Shown: one piece after another, positions 37,901 through 48,782 of the stretch | How positions within the stretch are numbered: position 1 is the stretch's first letter | Layout: the number at the start of each line of letters is the position of its first letter | From: Blastocatellia bacterium | GTDB taxonomy: Bacteria; Acidobacteriota; Blastocatellia; UBA7656 | Assembly: GCA_963765495.1 (NCBI GenBank) | Contig: CAVXWP010000003.1 | Coordinates: 128,001-192,000 of the forward strand | Length of the DNA stretch: 64,000 nt | Direction of reading: 5' to 3' | Position numbers and translations under genes: made by a program | The notes under the pieces: generated by a model | The model's database searches: none | What the model was told of the DNA's origin: nothing | Seen by the model: the letters and a program-made list of their open reading frames with translations, nothing else

Positions 37901-40900
37901 TCGTGGAATTGAAACCACGTACGTAGCGCGGCAGTATCGCCGACTGCCGTCGCAGCTTGAATCGAACCATCGTGGAATTGAAACGCAGTACTGCGAGCGC
38001 ATCGATCGTGCACCGATTGCAGGCTTGAATCGAACCATCGTGGAATTGAAACGATTGAATCACGCTGCCTGCAGTGTCGAGATGCATGCATGCTTGAATC
38101 GAACCATCGTGGAATTGAAACAACTGATGCCATGGCGGCATTGCAGCGATGCGCTAGCAGGCTTGAATCGAACCATCGTGGAATTGAAACGCAGTTGAAT
38201 CGGCAATAGCGATTGCTGTCAGGTCGCAGCTTGAATCGAACCATCGTGGAATTGAAACCATGCACTACGGCATGCGTGTACGGCCGTGCTACTGAGGCTT
38301 GAATCGAACCATCGTGGAATTGAAACAAGCTCAGCTGAGCTCAGTCGAGCGGCTGCATTGCAGTAGCTTGAATCGAACCATCGTGGAATTGAAACACCAT
38401 GTCATCAGTCGTATGAGCTCTCGAGATAGCGAGCTTGAATCGAACCATCGTGGAATTGAAACATGCTCAAGCGACTCGATCGTACTCGAGCATTGCAGAG
38501 CTTGAATCGAACCATCGTGGAATTGAAACGATCTGCACAGCGATCTGGCTATGACGTGCCGATGCGTTGCTTGAATCGAACCATCGTGGAATTGAAACTA
38601 GCATCATGCACGCGATCATGGCTTAGACTGTCATCTGCTTGAATCGAACCATCGTGGAATTGAAACATGAGCATCAGGCTGTCACTGATCATCCTGCAGA
38701 TGCAGGCTTGAATCGAACCATCGTGGAATTGAAACTAGCATCATCGTGGCCGATGTTGACGATGCGTATCAGGCTTGAATCGAACCATCGTGGAATTGAA
38801 ACATCATGACAGCTCATGCCTTGCAGCGTTGCAGTCGCAGTGCTTGAATCGAACCATCGTGGAATTGAAACAACGCATCGAGCTCACTTGCTGCGAGCTC
38901 GCTAGCTCGCTTGAATCGAACCATCGTGGAATTGAAACAGCTATGCAGCTGATCGCTGTAATCGATTGCGGCATGCTGCTTGAATCGAACCATCGTGGAA
39001 TTGAAACGTTAATCCTGCGTCTGCGTATTGCGTCGATGCTGCTCAGGCTTGAATCGAACCATCGTGGAATTGAAACTGAGTCAAGCTGTACTGATCGCGC
39101 AGCGGTCAAGTCGAGCTTGAATCGAACCATCGTGGAATTGAAACCTGGATACATGCTCAGCAGATCGATGTCACGACTGCGGCTTGAATCGAACCATCGT
39201 GGAATTGAAACATCAGCTATGAGGCTTGATCGTAGCGATCAGCGATGCGCGCTTGAATCGAACCATCGTGGAATTGAAACTATAGCTTGTCAGCTGACGC
39301 AGTCGATGTCGGCGCATCGCTTGAATCGAACCATCGTGGAATTGAAACATAGCATATGAGCTCGATATGCATAGCGCTACATGCGATGCTTGAATCGAAC
39401 CATCGTGGAATTGAAACAGGCTTCAGCGATAGCCGCGTGGCGATCTGCAACGTGCTTGAATCGAACCATCGTGGAATTGAAACGCGCATACGTGGTACGA
39501 GATGCTGGCGGCTGTCTCATGCTTGAATCGAACCATCGTGGAATTGAAACTATCGATAGCTATTGCAGATGGCTCGATGCACTTCAGTGCTTGAATCGAA
39601 CCATCGTGGAATTGAAACCATAGTCGGATGACATTGCACGTGTTACGTCACGTGCTTGAATCGAACCATCGTGGAATTGAAACCATGCTACTGCAAGTCA
39701 TTCGGCGAGTCGTTACGTGCTGCTTGAATCGAACCATCGTGGAATTGAAACATGACATCCGACATGTCAACTGCGATAGATCGACGCGGCTTGAATCGAA
39801 CCATCGTGGAATTGAAACCTAGATCAGTAACGCTGATCTGAAGCGCTGACGACGACATGCTTGAATCGAACCATCGTGGAATTGAAACCATAAATCGACG
39901 GCTCAAGAACCTACAGGCGATGCAGTGCTTGAATCGAACCATCGTGGAATTGAAACACGTAATCGAGCAGCTCGTCGTTATTGACTTGCGATCGTGCTTG
40001 AATCGAACCATCGTGGAATTGAAACAAAGCATCGGCAGCGATCATGTGCAGCTCATCGGCAGGCTTGAATCGAACCATCGTGGAATTGAAACGATCGATA
40101 ATCAGCCATGCGCGTCGAAAGCATGCGCAGGCTTGAATCGAACCATCGTGGAATTGAAACCAGTCATAAGTCGAGCTGATCTGCGGTCGAGCTGCATGCT
40201 TGAATCGAACCATCGTGGAATTGAAACTTGCATTGACGATCGCAGAGTCGCAGTCGAGCATGCACGCTTGAATCGAACCATCGTGGAATTGAAACGATGC
40301 AAAGCGCATCGACGCTATGCATCGTGCAGTGCTTGAATCGAACCATCGTGGAATTGAAACATTGCATCTCGACTGCCTGTACGTCGCTGATGCCACGTTG
40401 CTTGAATCGAACCATCGTGGAATTGAAACATCGCATGCAGGTCACGGCTACGGCATGATGCGACTGCGCTTGAATCGAACCATCGTGGAATTGAAACATG
40501 TATTACCGGCTGCATTTGAATCGCTGAGCTTCCGCTTGAATCGAACCATCGTGGAATTGAAACAGCATCGAAGTCGCAGCATTGACCGCGTCGACATCGG
40601 CGCTTGAATCGAACCATCGTGGAATTGAAACTAGATTCGATCAGACGCGTTGTATGCATCTGGCATCACTGCTTGAATCGAACCATCGTGGAATTGAAAC
40701 CATGCATGACGTGCCCGATCGACGTGGTCATAGATTGTGCTTGAATCGAACCATCGTGGAATTGAAACCGATCCAGCGTGATCGCTCTAGCGCGATGGCG
40801 CGGCTTGAATCGAACCATCGTGGAATTGAAACGATGCAGATGCCGTACGCTGATGGCTTCGATGTTCGAGCTTGAATCGAACCATCGTGGAATTGAAACG

Positions 40901-43900
40901 CATGTGATACCGTCAGTGATGCTTCGATATCAACGTGCTTGAATCGAACCATCGTGGAATTGAAACAAGCATCGAATCGATCAGCGCGATGCCGGCTAGT
41001 GCGAAGCTTGAATCGAACCATCGTGGAATTGAAACATAGTCATAGCGCTTGCGATCAGCGATAGCATCGCTTAGCTTGAATCGAACCATCGTGGAATTGA
41101 AACTATGCCTAAGCCGCATCGCATAGTTGCGCAACTGCTAGGCTTGAATCGAACCATCGTGGAATTGAAACGTCAGATATGGATCGCCGGCCGATTACGG
41201 CATGAGCATGCTTGAATCGAACCATCGTGGAATTGAAACCGTAGACAGCCAGTGAATCGTGCTAGCAGTCATTGCGTGCTTGAATCGAACCATCGTGGAA
41301 TTGAAACTACGATCATGACGCAGACTGTAATGACGGTCAACGGTCGCGCTTGAATCGAACCATCGTGGAATTGAAACAGCATCGTAGACGCATCGAGCGC
41401 TAATCGGCTACAGTGCGGCTTGAATCGAACCATCGTGGAATTGAAACATAGATATGACGCGATTCGGCACCTTTACGATCGATGCTTGAATCGAACCATC
41501 GTGGAATTGAAACGTGGATACGTTCGAGCTACGACTGAAGCTTCAGATGCTTGAATCGAACCATCGTGGAATTGAAACAATCTGTCGATGCTTGCAGCCT
41601 TATCGCATAGTAGGCTTGAATCGAACCATCGTGGAATTGAAACGTGGTCTCATCTCGACTGGTTCGACTGCAGGATCAAGGCTTGAATCGAACCATCGTG
41701 GAATTGAAACGCGACGATGCGAACCTGTGTCTGATAGGCGCAGCTTGCTTGAATCGAACCATCGTGGAATTGAAACATGCATCAGATTCGTGGTCTCGGC
41801 ATGTTCAGTCTATGGCTTGAATCGAACCATCGTGGAATTGAAACAACGTCGAACCGGGCTAGAATGTGGCAATGACTCAGAGCTTGAATCGAACCATCGT
41901 GGAATTGAAACATCGATCATGGCAATCTTGTAGCTCGCGACGGTCAGTCTGCTTGAATCGAACCATCGTGGAATTGAAACACATGTATCTGCAGGCTTTG
42001 AAGCTTGCATCTGTACGAGCTTGAATCGAACCATCGTGGAATTGAAACCAATTGCTCGTGAGCCTCGCTATCGTTCGACTGCACAAGGCTTGAATCGAAC
42101 CATCGTGGAATTGAAACTCGGCATACCTTTGATGATGTCGAGCGATCAATGTGCTGGCTTGAATCGAACCATCGTGGAATTGAAACGACATCTGTTAGTG
42201 ATGCTATGACAGTCGATAAACATAGCTTGAATCGAACCATCGTGGAATTGAAACCTGCTCGTGATCCGTCGACCGATGAGCGTCTACAGTGATGCTTGAA
42301 TCGAACCATCGTGGAATTGAAACGACACTTGCGGGCTACTGCTATGACGTGATCAGTCAAGTGCTTGAATCGAACCATCGTGGAATTGAAACATCCGTGA
42401 CAGCGGCTACAGCAATCGACGTCTATGCTTGAATCGAACCATCGTGGAATTGAAACTTTCACTTACCTCGCTACTCAGCACTCAACGGAAGTCGAGCTTG
42501 AATCGAACCATCGTGGAATTGAAACATGCATGCTCGAGCTGCTCGCATGAATGACGTCCGAGTGCTTGAATCGAACCATCGTGGAATTGAAACATGCATT
42601 ACGCGTGCTACTGAGCATCGTCAGGTCAGGAGCTTGAATCGAACCATCGTGGAATTGAAACAGATTCATCGCTGATCACTTGAAACAGCTTGACAGTGGC
42701 GGCTTGAATCGAACCATCGTGGAATTGAAACACGATTTCACCTCACTGATTCGAGCTAAGCGCAGTCAGAGCTTGAATCGAACCATCGTGGAATTGAAAC
42801 GATGATCAGCGCAGCTGTCGCAGACTGTGATGTACATAGCTTGAATCGAACCATCGTGGAATTGAAACCGATGATCAGGCGAGCTTCACATCGCACTAGC
42901 GCATCGGCTTGAATCGAACCATCGTGGAATTGAAACGAGCATCACATGCACAGGTCGCAGATTAAGGCGAAGCTTGAATCGAACCATCGTGGAATTGAAA
43001 CTGATGCATCGACTCATGCTCACTGCTCAGGTTGCGCTTGAATCGAACCATCGTGGAATTGAAACTCGAGAAATATGCTGCAGATTGCAGCACAGGCACT
43101 CAGCTTGAATCGAACCATCGTGGAATTGAAACTGTTGCCAGTCGGCAGGGATCTAGCAGCTGAGGTGAGTGCTTGAATCGAACCATCGTGGAATTGAAAC
43201 AATATGCATGCCGCACGATCGTGCCTACGCAAGCAGGAGCTTGAATCGAACCATCGTGGAATTGAAACTGAGCGATCAATACCGACAAGCGGTTAGACTG
43301 ACGTCGCTTGAATCGAACCATCGTGGAATTGAAACTAATCAAGCTTATTTCACAGTGGACAGGCGAATCATGTGCTTGAATCGAACCATCGTGGAATTGA
43401 AACTGCATGCTTCTGCCAGTAGCTCGACTATCTCAGTCACGGCTTGAATCGAACCATCGTGGAATTGAAACGAGTTTGAAAGCGAGCTCGACTGATAGAC
43501 GAACTCGAAGCTTGAATCGAACCATCGTGGAATTGAAACTCGTAGCACAGCGCCCACTCCATCGTGCCAGATGCGAGCTTGAATCGAACCATCGTGGAAT
43601 TGAAACACAGCAACCGCATCAGTCCAGTTGACTGCATCGTCGCTTGAATCGAACCATCGTGGAATTGAAACCATCACCCTTCGCCTGCGTGGCGAGCCGA
43701 GTTGAGGGCTTGAATCGAACCATCGTGGAATTGAAACCAGATCGGCATAGTGCGCTAGCTTCGACATGCATGAGCTTGAATCGAACCATCGTGGAATTGA
43801 AACCGATGGTCATCAGACGCAGCTGATGCGACAAGAACGATGGCTTGAATCGAACCATCGTGGAATTGAAACCGGTATAAGTTCTCGAAGAACACGCCGA

Positions 43901-44339
43901 AGATGGATGGCTTGAATCGAACCATCGTGGAATTGAAACAATGACATCCCCTTGCTGTAGGGAACGCCCAAATCGCTTGAATCGAACCATCGTGGAATTG
44001 AAACGTGTTTGACCTGGCCAGTCGAGCGATATTCGGATTCAAGCTTGAATCGAACCATCGTGGAATTGAAACGCCACTTTGACCTTGCGCGCTGAATTCT
44101 GGCAGCCGGGCTTGAATCGAACCATCGTGGAATTGAAACACGAGCAGATAGCCGCAAGCCTACGCGACAGCTTGGAGCTTGAATCGAACCATCGTGGAAT
44201 TGAAACGATTATCGGCGCTTACTTCAAGCGTCTTTTTCCCGTGCTTGAATCGAACCATCGTGGAATTGAAACATGTTTGCCAGAGGCAGGGATTCTGGCA
44301 GTGGGTGAGGCTTGAATCGAACCATCGTGGAATTGAAAC
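34976..44339 (+). CRISPR. CRISPR array, 30-nt repeat GCTTGAATCGAACCATCGTGGAATTGAAAC, 139 repeats / 138 spacers (hand count)
   Basis: Repeat every 64-70 nt; the 3' ATTGAAAC handle and leader position give + orientation; no variant repeat noticed. Confidence 0.98.
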
Positions 44340-44357
44340 CAAATTATTAGCGCGCCG

Positions 44358-45563
44358 CTGAAGGATGGACACATTTGCTAATTGAACGAGTAGCAACAAG
44401 TTATAAACCTGTGGAAGATTTGTTTTGTGAAAAACCATCAATCTTCTGCTACTCGTTTGCGTGATTATATCACTGCGCTGCTGCCTTCGGCGCACGGACA
44501 TCAACTTAAAGCGATCTGTGATTTCGTCGCTGCGATCATTGAAAATCAAACTGCCAATCAGGCTGAGTTGGCTCGCTGTTTCGGCTCTCAGGAGGCTGCT
44601 GTTAAACGCCTATCTCGCTTGATTCATAACAAGCGCATCCATCCTGATGATCTTGCTGAGGGCGTTTTGCTTCAAGCCTTGTCTCAATTGCCTAGACGAG
44701 GCAAAATCCGTCTGGCAATTGATTGGACTATTGAAGGCGACCATCACCTGCTCGTTGTTTCGCTTGTGACTGGCTCTCGCGCTGTGCCCGTTTATTGGAG
44801 AGCTTACTCTCAGAGCCTGCTTAAGGGCCGTATGCGCCGCTATGAGGTTGCTGTAATCAAGCGCGTCGTCTCCGGCTTTAACAATCGCATTGGTCGCCGT
44901 CGCCTGATTGTCACAGCAGATCGTTGGTTTGCGGATGTCGCTTTAGCGCAACTGTTTGAAGATATGAAGCTTAGCTACATTATCCGAGTCAAAAACAGCA
45001 CGAAGATTTACTATGGTGGTCAATGGCAAAATCTCAAGCGAATGAGATTTTCAGGCAATGCGCGAGGTCGCAACTTTGGGCGCTGCAATTACAGAGAGGG
45101 TTCTCAGCACAAGTTGTATGTGAGTATGAGCCGAGCCAAAGACAAGGAAGGAAAGTGGGAGATATGGTATCTGATAAGCAACAACCGCTACAGTGCAAAG
45201 CAAGCAGCAAATGAATACAGCAGACGCTTCGGGTGCGAGCAGGGATTTAGAGATGTGAAATGGGAGAAGGGATTTTCTCGAGCGAGAATAGAGGATGTGA
45301 AAGCGTGGTCGAGGATGTTCGCACTGTTTGCGATAGCGTTGCTGGTAGTAGTAGTGCTAGGAATGAAGTTGTTAGCTAGAGGGAGAAAAGGAGCCAGGGA
45401 GTTGCTGAGGAGAGTAGCGAGGCGAAAAAAAGGAAGATGGGAATTGAGCATCGTGAGTGCAATGGTGAGCCTGCTGAGAATGGATAAAAGCTTGTTTGAG
45501 CATCTCACTCCTCAAGCGAAACTCAACCTCGAGGCTGCTTTATAAAATGTGTCCATCCTTCAG
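44358..45563 (+). mobile_element. IS4-family insertion sequence
   Basis: Perfect terminal IRs CTGAAGGATGGACACATTT / AAATGTGTCCATCCTTCAG; no flanking direct repeat. Confidence 0.9.
44427..45545 (+). CDS. IS4-family DDE transposase
   Basis: LAIDWT, VTADRWF, YIIRVK, YSRRFGCEQGFRDVK (YREK-like motif). Confidence 0.88.
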   Translation: MKNHQSSATRLRDYITALLPSAHGHQLKAICDFVAAIIENQTANQAELARCFGSQEAAVKRLSRLIHNKRIHPDDLAEGVLLQALSQLPRRGKIRLAIDWTIEGDHHLLVVSLVTGSRAVPVYWRAYSQSLLKGRMRRYEVAVIKRVVSGFNNRIGRRRLIVTADRWFADVALAQLFEDMKLSYIIRVKNSTKIYYGGQWQNLKRMRFSGNARGRNFGRCNYREGSQHKLYVSMSRAKDKEGKWEIWYLISNNRYSAKQAANEYSRRFGCEQGFRDVKWEKGFSRARIEDVKAWSRMFALFAIALLVVVVLGMKLLARGRKGARELLRRVARRKKGRWELSIVSAMVSLLRMDKSLFEHLTPQAKLNLEAAL

Positions 45564-45895
45564 CTTGGAGGCAATAGACGGCTCGCGCTACCTATAAGGG
45601 AAAGGGGGGAAATGATGGGAGATGAATCCTCGGTGCAAGAAAACGCATCACGTCTCACCGGATACAGATGAAATCAGGCTGTAATGTAGTATAGGGAAAG
45701 GGAGGGCTTAATACAGCCCTAAGATGCTGATACGGAGCCATCCACATTTCTTCCTGATGCCATAGCAAATAGCGCTATTATTCAAGTCTGAGTAGTGATC
45801 GGCATAACAATTCAACGGATAGAATATGACAAAGGCGTTGACCTGCAAACAGTGGCATTGTGTAAGGGGGCAAGACGCCAGTTAGGAGGCAAAGA

Positions 45896-47283
45896 ATGTT
45901 CAAGGTGGTTCAAAGATGGAATGAAGTTATTAAAGTTCAGACTGGAAAAAGTAGAAAGCCGTCTTTCGGCTACGACTTTACAATAGAAGGAAAGCGGCAC
46001 CGTAATTCCGGCTTCCCAACAAAGGGCGGGGCCGAGGCAGCGGTCGGTAAGATTAAAGCGGCTATCCGATTTGGCGAGTCAAGCCAGATAACGTCTTTTG
46101 TACCTACCATATCGCAGTTGGCTGCGGCCTGTGTGAACCGTCAACGGCTGCGCGTGAGTCGAAAACGTGTGGCGCTCACAAAGCGTGTGACTAGACGTTT
46201 CTTAGAGTTCCTTCAAAACCCCAGCAAGCAGGGCAAGAGCATCTAAATTTCAATAATGCCGGGGATTTAGGAGTCATAGTGAAACTTTATCCTCCATATA
46301 GAGCGAAATCGTAAGGCTTAAGACTTGAAGGAGCGTTAAATCATCAGGAATCTATGATCGAAGTAGCCCAAACTTGAGATGCTTCGTTTTATAAATCAGC
46401 GATTATATGGAGTTTTTAGATGCTCTTGCCCTGCCCCAGCAAGCCGATAACAAAGATAACAAGTCATGATATGATAAGATTTCAACAGTATCTTTTAGAT
46501 GCTCCGTGGCTGGACGGGCGGACGCTACATCCGCACACGGTAAACGATCAAACGAGAGTTATTAGATCAATGTTTTTAGCCGCAGAAGTTTTATTTCCGC
46601 ATGTTCAGTTTAACCCGCCTCGCATCACTCCCCTGCCTGTACTACATCACGGGCGCGAGCGTGTATATCAAGACGATGAAATCATTAAAATGATTAATGC
46701 GCTACGCAACATGCCAAGCGCACGGCTACCCGACTACAAACGACAGGACGCGCATGATTTATTCGTACTCGGATGGCAAACCGCCGCCCGTATAGGTGAA
46801 CTACTCGCCTTGAAGGTGCAGGATTGCTCACTTACAGGCAAGCGGCCTTGTATCTATATCCGCACGTCAAAGACGAAACGTGCACGTACGATACTGCTTA
46901 CCTCTATAGCCGAAGACGTTATCCGCAGACGCATAGATGCGGCCACAAACGAAAAGCTGTTTCCACACGCCGGGCGGCCACAGGTTTATGGCGGCAATCT
47001 TTGTAAGATATATAAACGTGCCGCAGAGGTTGCAGGCGTAGAATGGGGCCGTGATTCACAATCAGGCGTCGTGTTTCATACCTTACGTCATACGGCGATT
47101 ACTCGTATGGTGCGGGAAGGCCACCCATTGCAAGTTATAGGCAAGTGGACGGGTCACGCAGCGCAGACTATGATTCTCAGGTATTCCCATGCATCCGACG
47201 AGGATATGGAAGCGATAGCAAGTCGCTTTGAAAAACTCGGCACTAAATTGACACCTGCTTTTTTGTCGTCTGCAAATGCTTGA
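45896..47283 (+). pseudogene. phage-type tyrosine integrase interrupted by a MITE
   Basis: Arm-binding-like N-terminus (YDFTIEGKRHRNSGFPTK); catalytic ARIGEL, SKTK, FHTLRHT, TGH, RYSH; removing the MITE and one TSD gives one 390-aa frame. Confidence 0.88.
46229..46433. mobile_element. ISAs1-like MITE (205 bp)
   Basis: IRs CAGGGCAAGAGCATCTAAA / TTTAGATGCTCTTGCCCTG; 10-bp TSD CCCCAGCAAG at 46219-46228 and 46434-46443. Confidence 0.9.
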
Positions 47284-47305
47284 GAATATAGGGGTTATAA
47301 TTCTT

Positions 47306-48763
47306 ATGGAATTAAAGGCAGGTTTTGTATGTGACCGGGGGCTGAACCCGAAACGTCCGGTCAACCAGGACCGCTTTCTGGCTATTCCCGAACGCGGACT
47401 CTTTGCGGTCTTTGACGGTGTGGGAGGACAGCGAGCGGGCGAAGTCGCAAGCCAGACGGCGGCAGACACTATTGAAGAAGCGCTCACACACACACAGGCC
47501 GATTCTTCGAAAGAGTTGATAAGGCGCGCCATTCAGTTCGCAAACCGAGACATTTTTGAGATGGCCGAAAGCGACCCCACCTACAAGACCATGGCGACTA
47601 CGGTTGCGCTTGTTCACATAGACGGCGACCGCGCGACCATCGCTCACGTAGGCGACAGTCGCGTATACCGCCTCGCAGGCGGACGCCTTTACCGAGAGAC
47701 GATTGATCACACCGACCTCAATGACGACATCAGAGCCGGACTCGTAAGCAAGCAAAAAGCCGTCGAACAGGAAGACCGGAATGTCATCAATCGCGCGCTC
47801 GGCATCGAACCGGATGTGGAGGTCGAAATCAAGACGGTAAGCGTGAGCGACGGCACAAGGTTGTTGCTGTGCAGCGACGGCATCTATCGCCACCTATCCG
47901 ACGAGCAGATCGCGCGATTGCTTGCCGAAAACGAAGACCCGCAACGCGCCGCCGAAGAGTTTAAGAGAATCGTCTATGAACGCGGCGCTGACGATAACCT
48001 CACGGCCATAGTCGTGCAACTGGGCCGCGCCCGGCAGCCAAAGACCGTTGCCGTAGACTCTTCTCACGCGGCTTTTATGGGGTCAAGCGCCTCAAGACGG
48101 GCAAGCGCAAAACCGGCAGGCGGTCGCATTCACGTGAATTTCGGCCCCGATAGGGATAAAGCCACAGGCAAAGCCGCAAAGACCGAAGACAGGACGCAAT
48201 CCGGCTATGCAGAGCGAGCGCCAGGGTACGGCGCGGCAGCGGGGGGCTCTTTGCGAACCGCTTCGGAGCCGGGCGGAAAAGGCTCGTTCACACGGAAACT
48301 CGTCTACGTATTACTTGCGACAGTGATTGCTGCGGGAGCCTTTTATGCCGGGCTGCGCGCGTCAGATTATTTAAACGGGCAAACGTCTGAGCGGGACGCA
48401 AACGGCAACGCGCTGATGGATGGAGAGCAACCCGACCCGCTTCGGACCGGGCGCGAGGCTTTTCTCAAAGGCGATTACCAGAAAGCGATGACCGAATTTG
48501 ATTCCATATTGATGAGCGATCCTGAAAATGCGACGGCCCGCTACTGGCTCGGGCGGGCGCAACTCGAACAGCGCGATTACCAGAAGGCCGCGCAGAATTT
48601 CGAGCAGGTCATCACGACCCGCCCCCAGATGTATGACGCATATATCCAGGCGGCTGCCGCGTATGAAGCAGGTGGGGAAAAGATAAAATCGGCAAAGATG
48701 CTCTATCGCTACGGCGAAGAAAGGCGCAAACAGACAACCGCGCCCCCAACCGCGACGCAGTGA
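47306..48763 (+). CDS. PP2C-family Ser/Thr phosphatase with TM and C-terminal TPR
   Basis: NQD, VFDGVGG, AHVGDSRVY, LLCSDG, GADDNLT; TM; TPRs. ATG 47306 follows TATAAT by 4 nt. Confidence 0.9.
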   Translation: MELKAGFVCDRGLNPKRPVNQDRFLAIPERGLFAVFDGVGGQRAGEVASQTAADTIEEALTHTQADSSKELIRRAIQFANRDIFEMAESDPTYKTMATTVALVHIDGDRATIAHVGDSRVYRLAGGRLYRETIDHTDLNDDIRAGLVSKQKAVEQEDRNVINRALGIEPDVEVEIKTVSVSDGTRLLLCSDGIYRHLSDEQIARLLAENEDPQRAAEEFKRIVYERGADDNLTAIVVQLGRARQPKTVAVDSSHAAFMGSSASRRASAKPAGGRIHVNFGPDRDKATGKAAKTEDRTQSGYAERAPGYGAAAGGSLRTASEPGGKGSFTRKLVYVLLATVIAAGAFYAGLRASDYLNGQTSERDANGNALMDGEQPDPLRTGREAFLKGDYQKAMTEFDSILMSDPENATARYWLGRAQLEQRDYQKAAQNFEQVITTRPQMYDAYIQAAAAYEAGGEKIKSAKMLYRYGEERRKQTTAPPTATQ

Positions 48764-48782
48764 GACCAGAGACTATATCGAA

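Noticed and set aside
44140-44176. Self-targeting spacer matching the PP2C gene
   Set aside because: Only about 10 nt (ACGAGCAGAT) match, which is expected by chance; no systematic search was possible.
34931-44549. Dozens of track ORFs containing LNRTIVELK, LESNHRGIET, FQFHDGSIQA or VSIPRWFDSS
   Set aside because: They are translations of the CRISPR repeat in different frames, not genes.
45565-45895. tRNA or excisionase gene beside the integrase
   Set aside because: No cloverleaf or recognisable HTH ORF found; no tRNA or rRNA gene was seen anywhere in the window.
23798-47283. CRISPR-associated transposon or Cas-guided integrase
   Set aside because: No tnsA/B/C or tniQ; Cas3 and the adaptation genes are intact; the IS4 and integrase look like independent neighbours.
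45896-47283. Tyrosine recombinase as the integron integrase for the attC sites
   Set aside because: It has a phage-type arm domain, shows no IntI-specific insertion before HxxR, and lies over 40 kb away.
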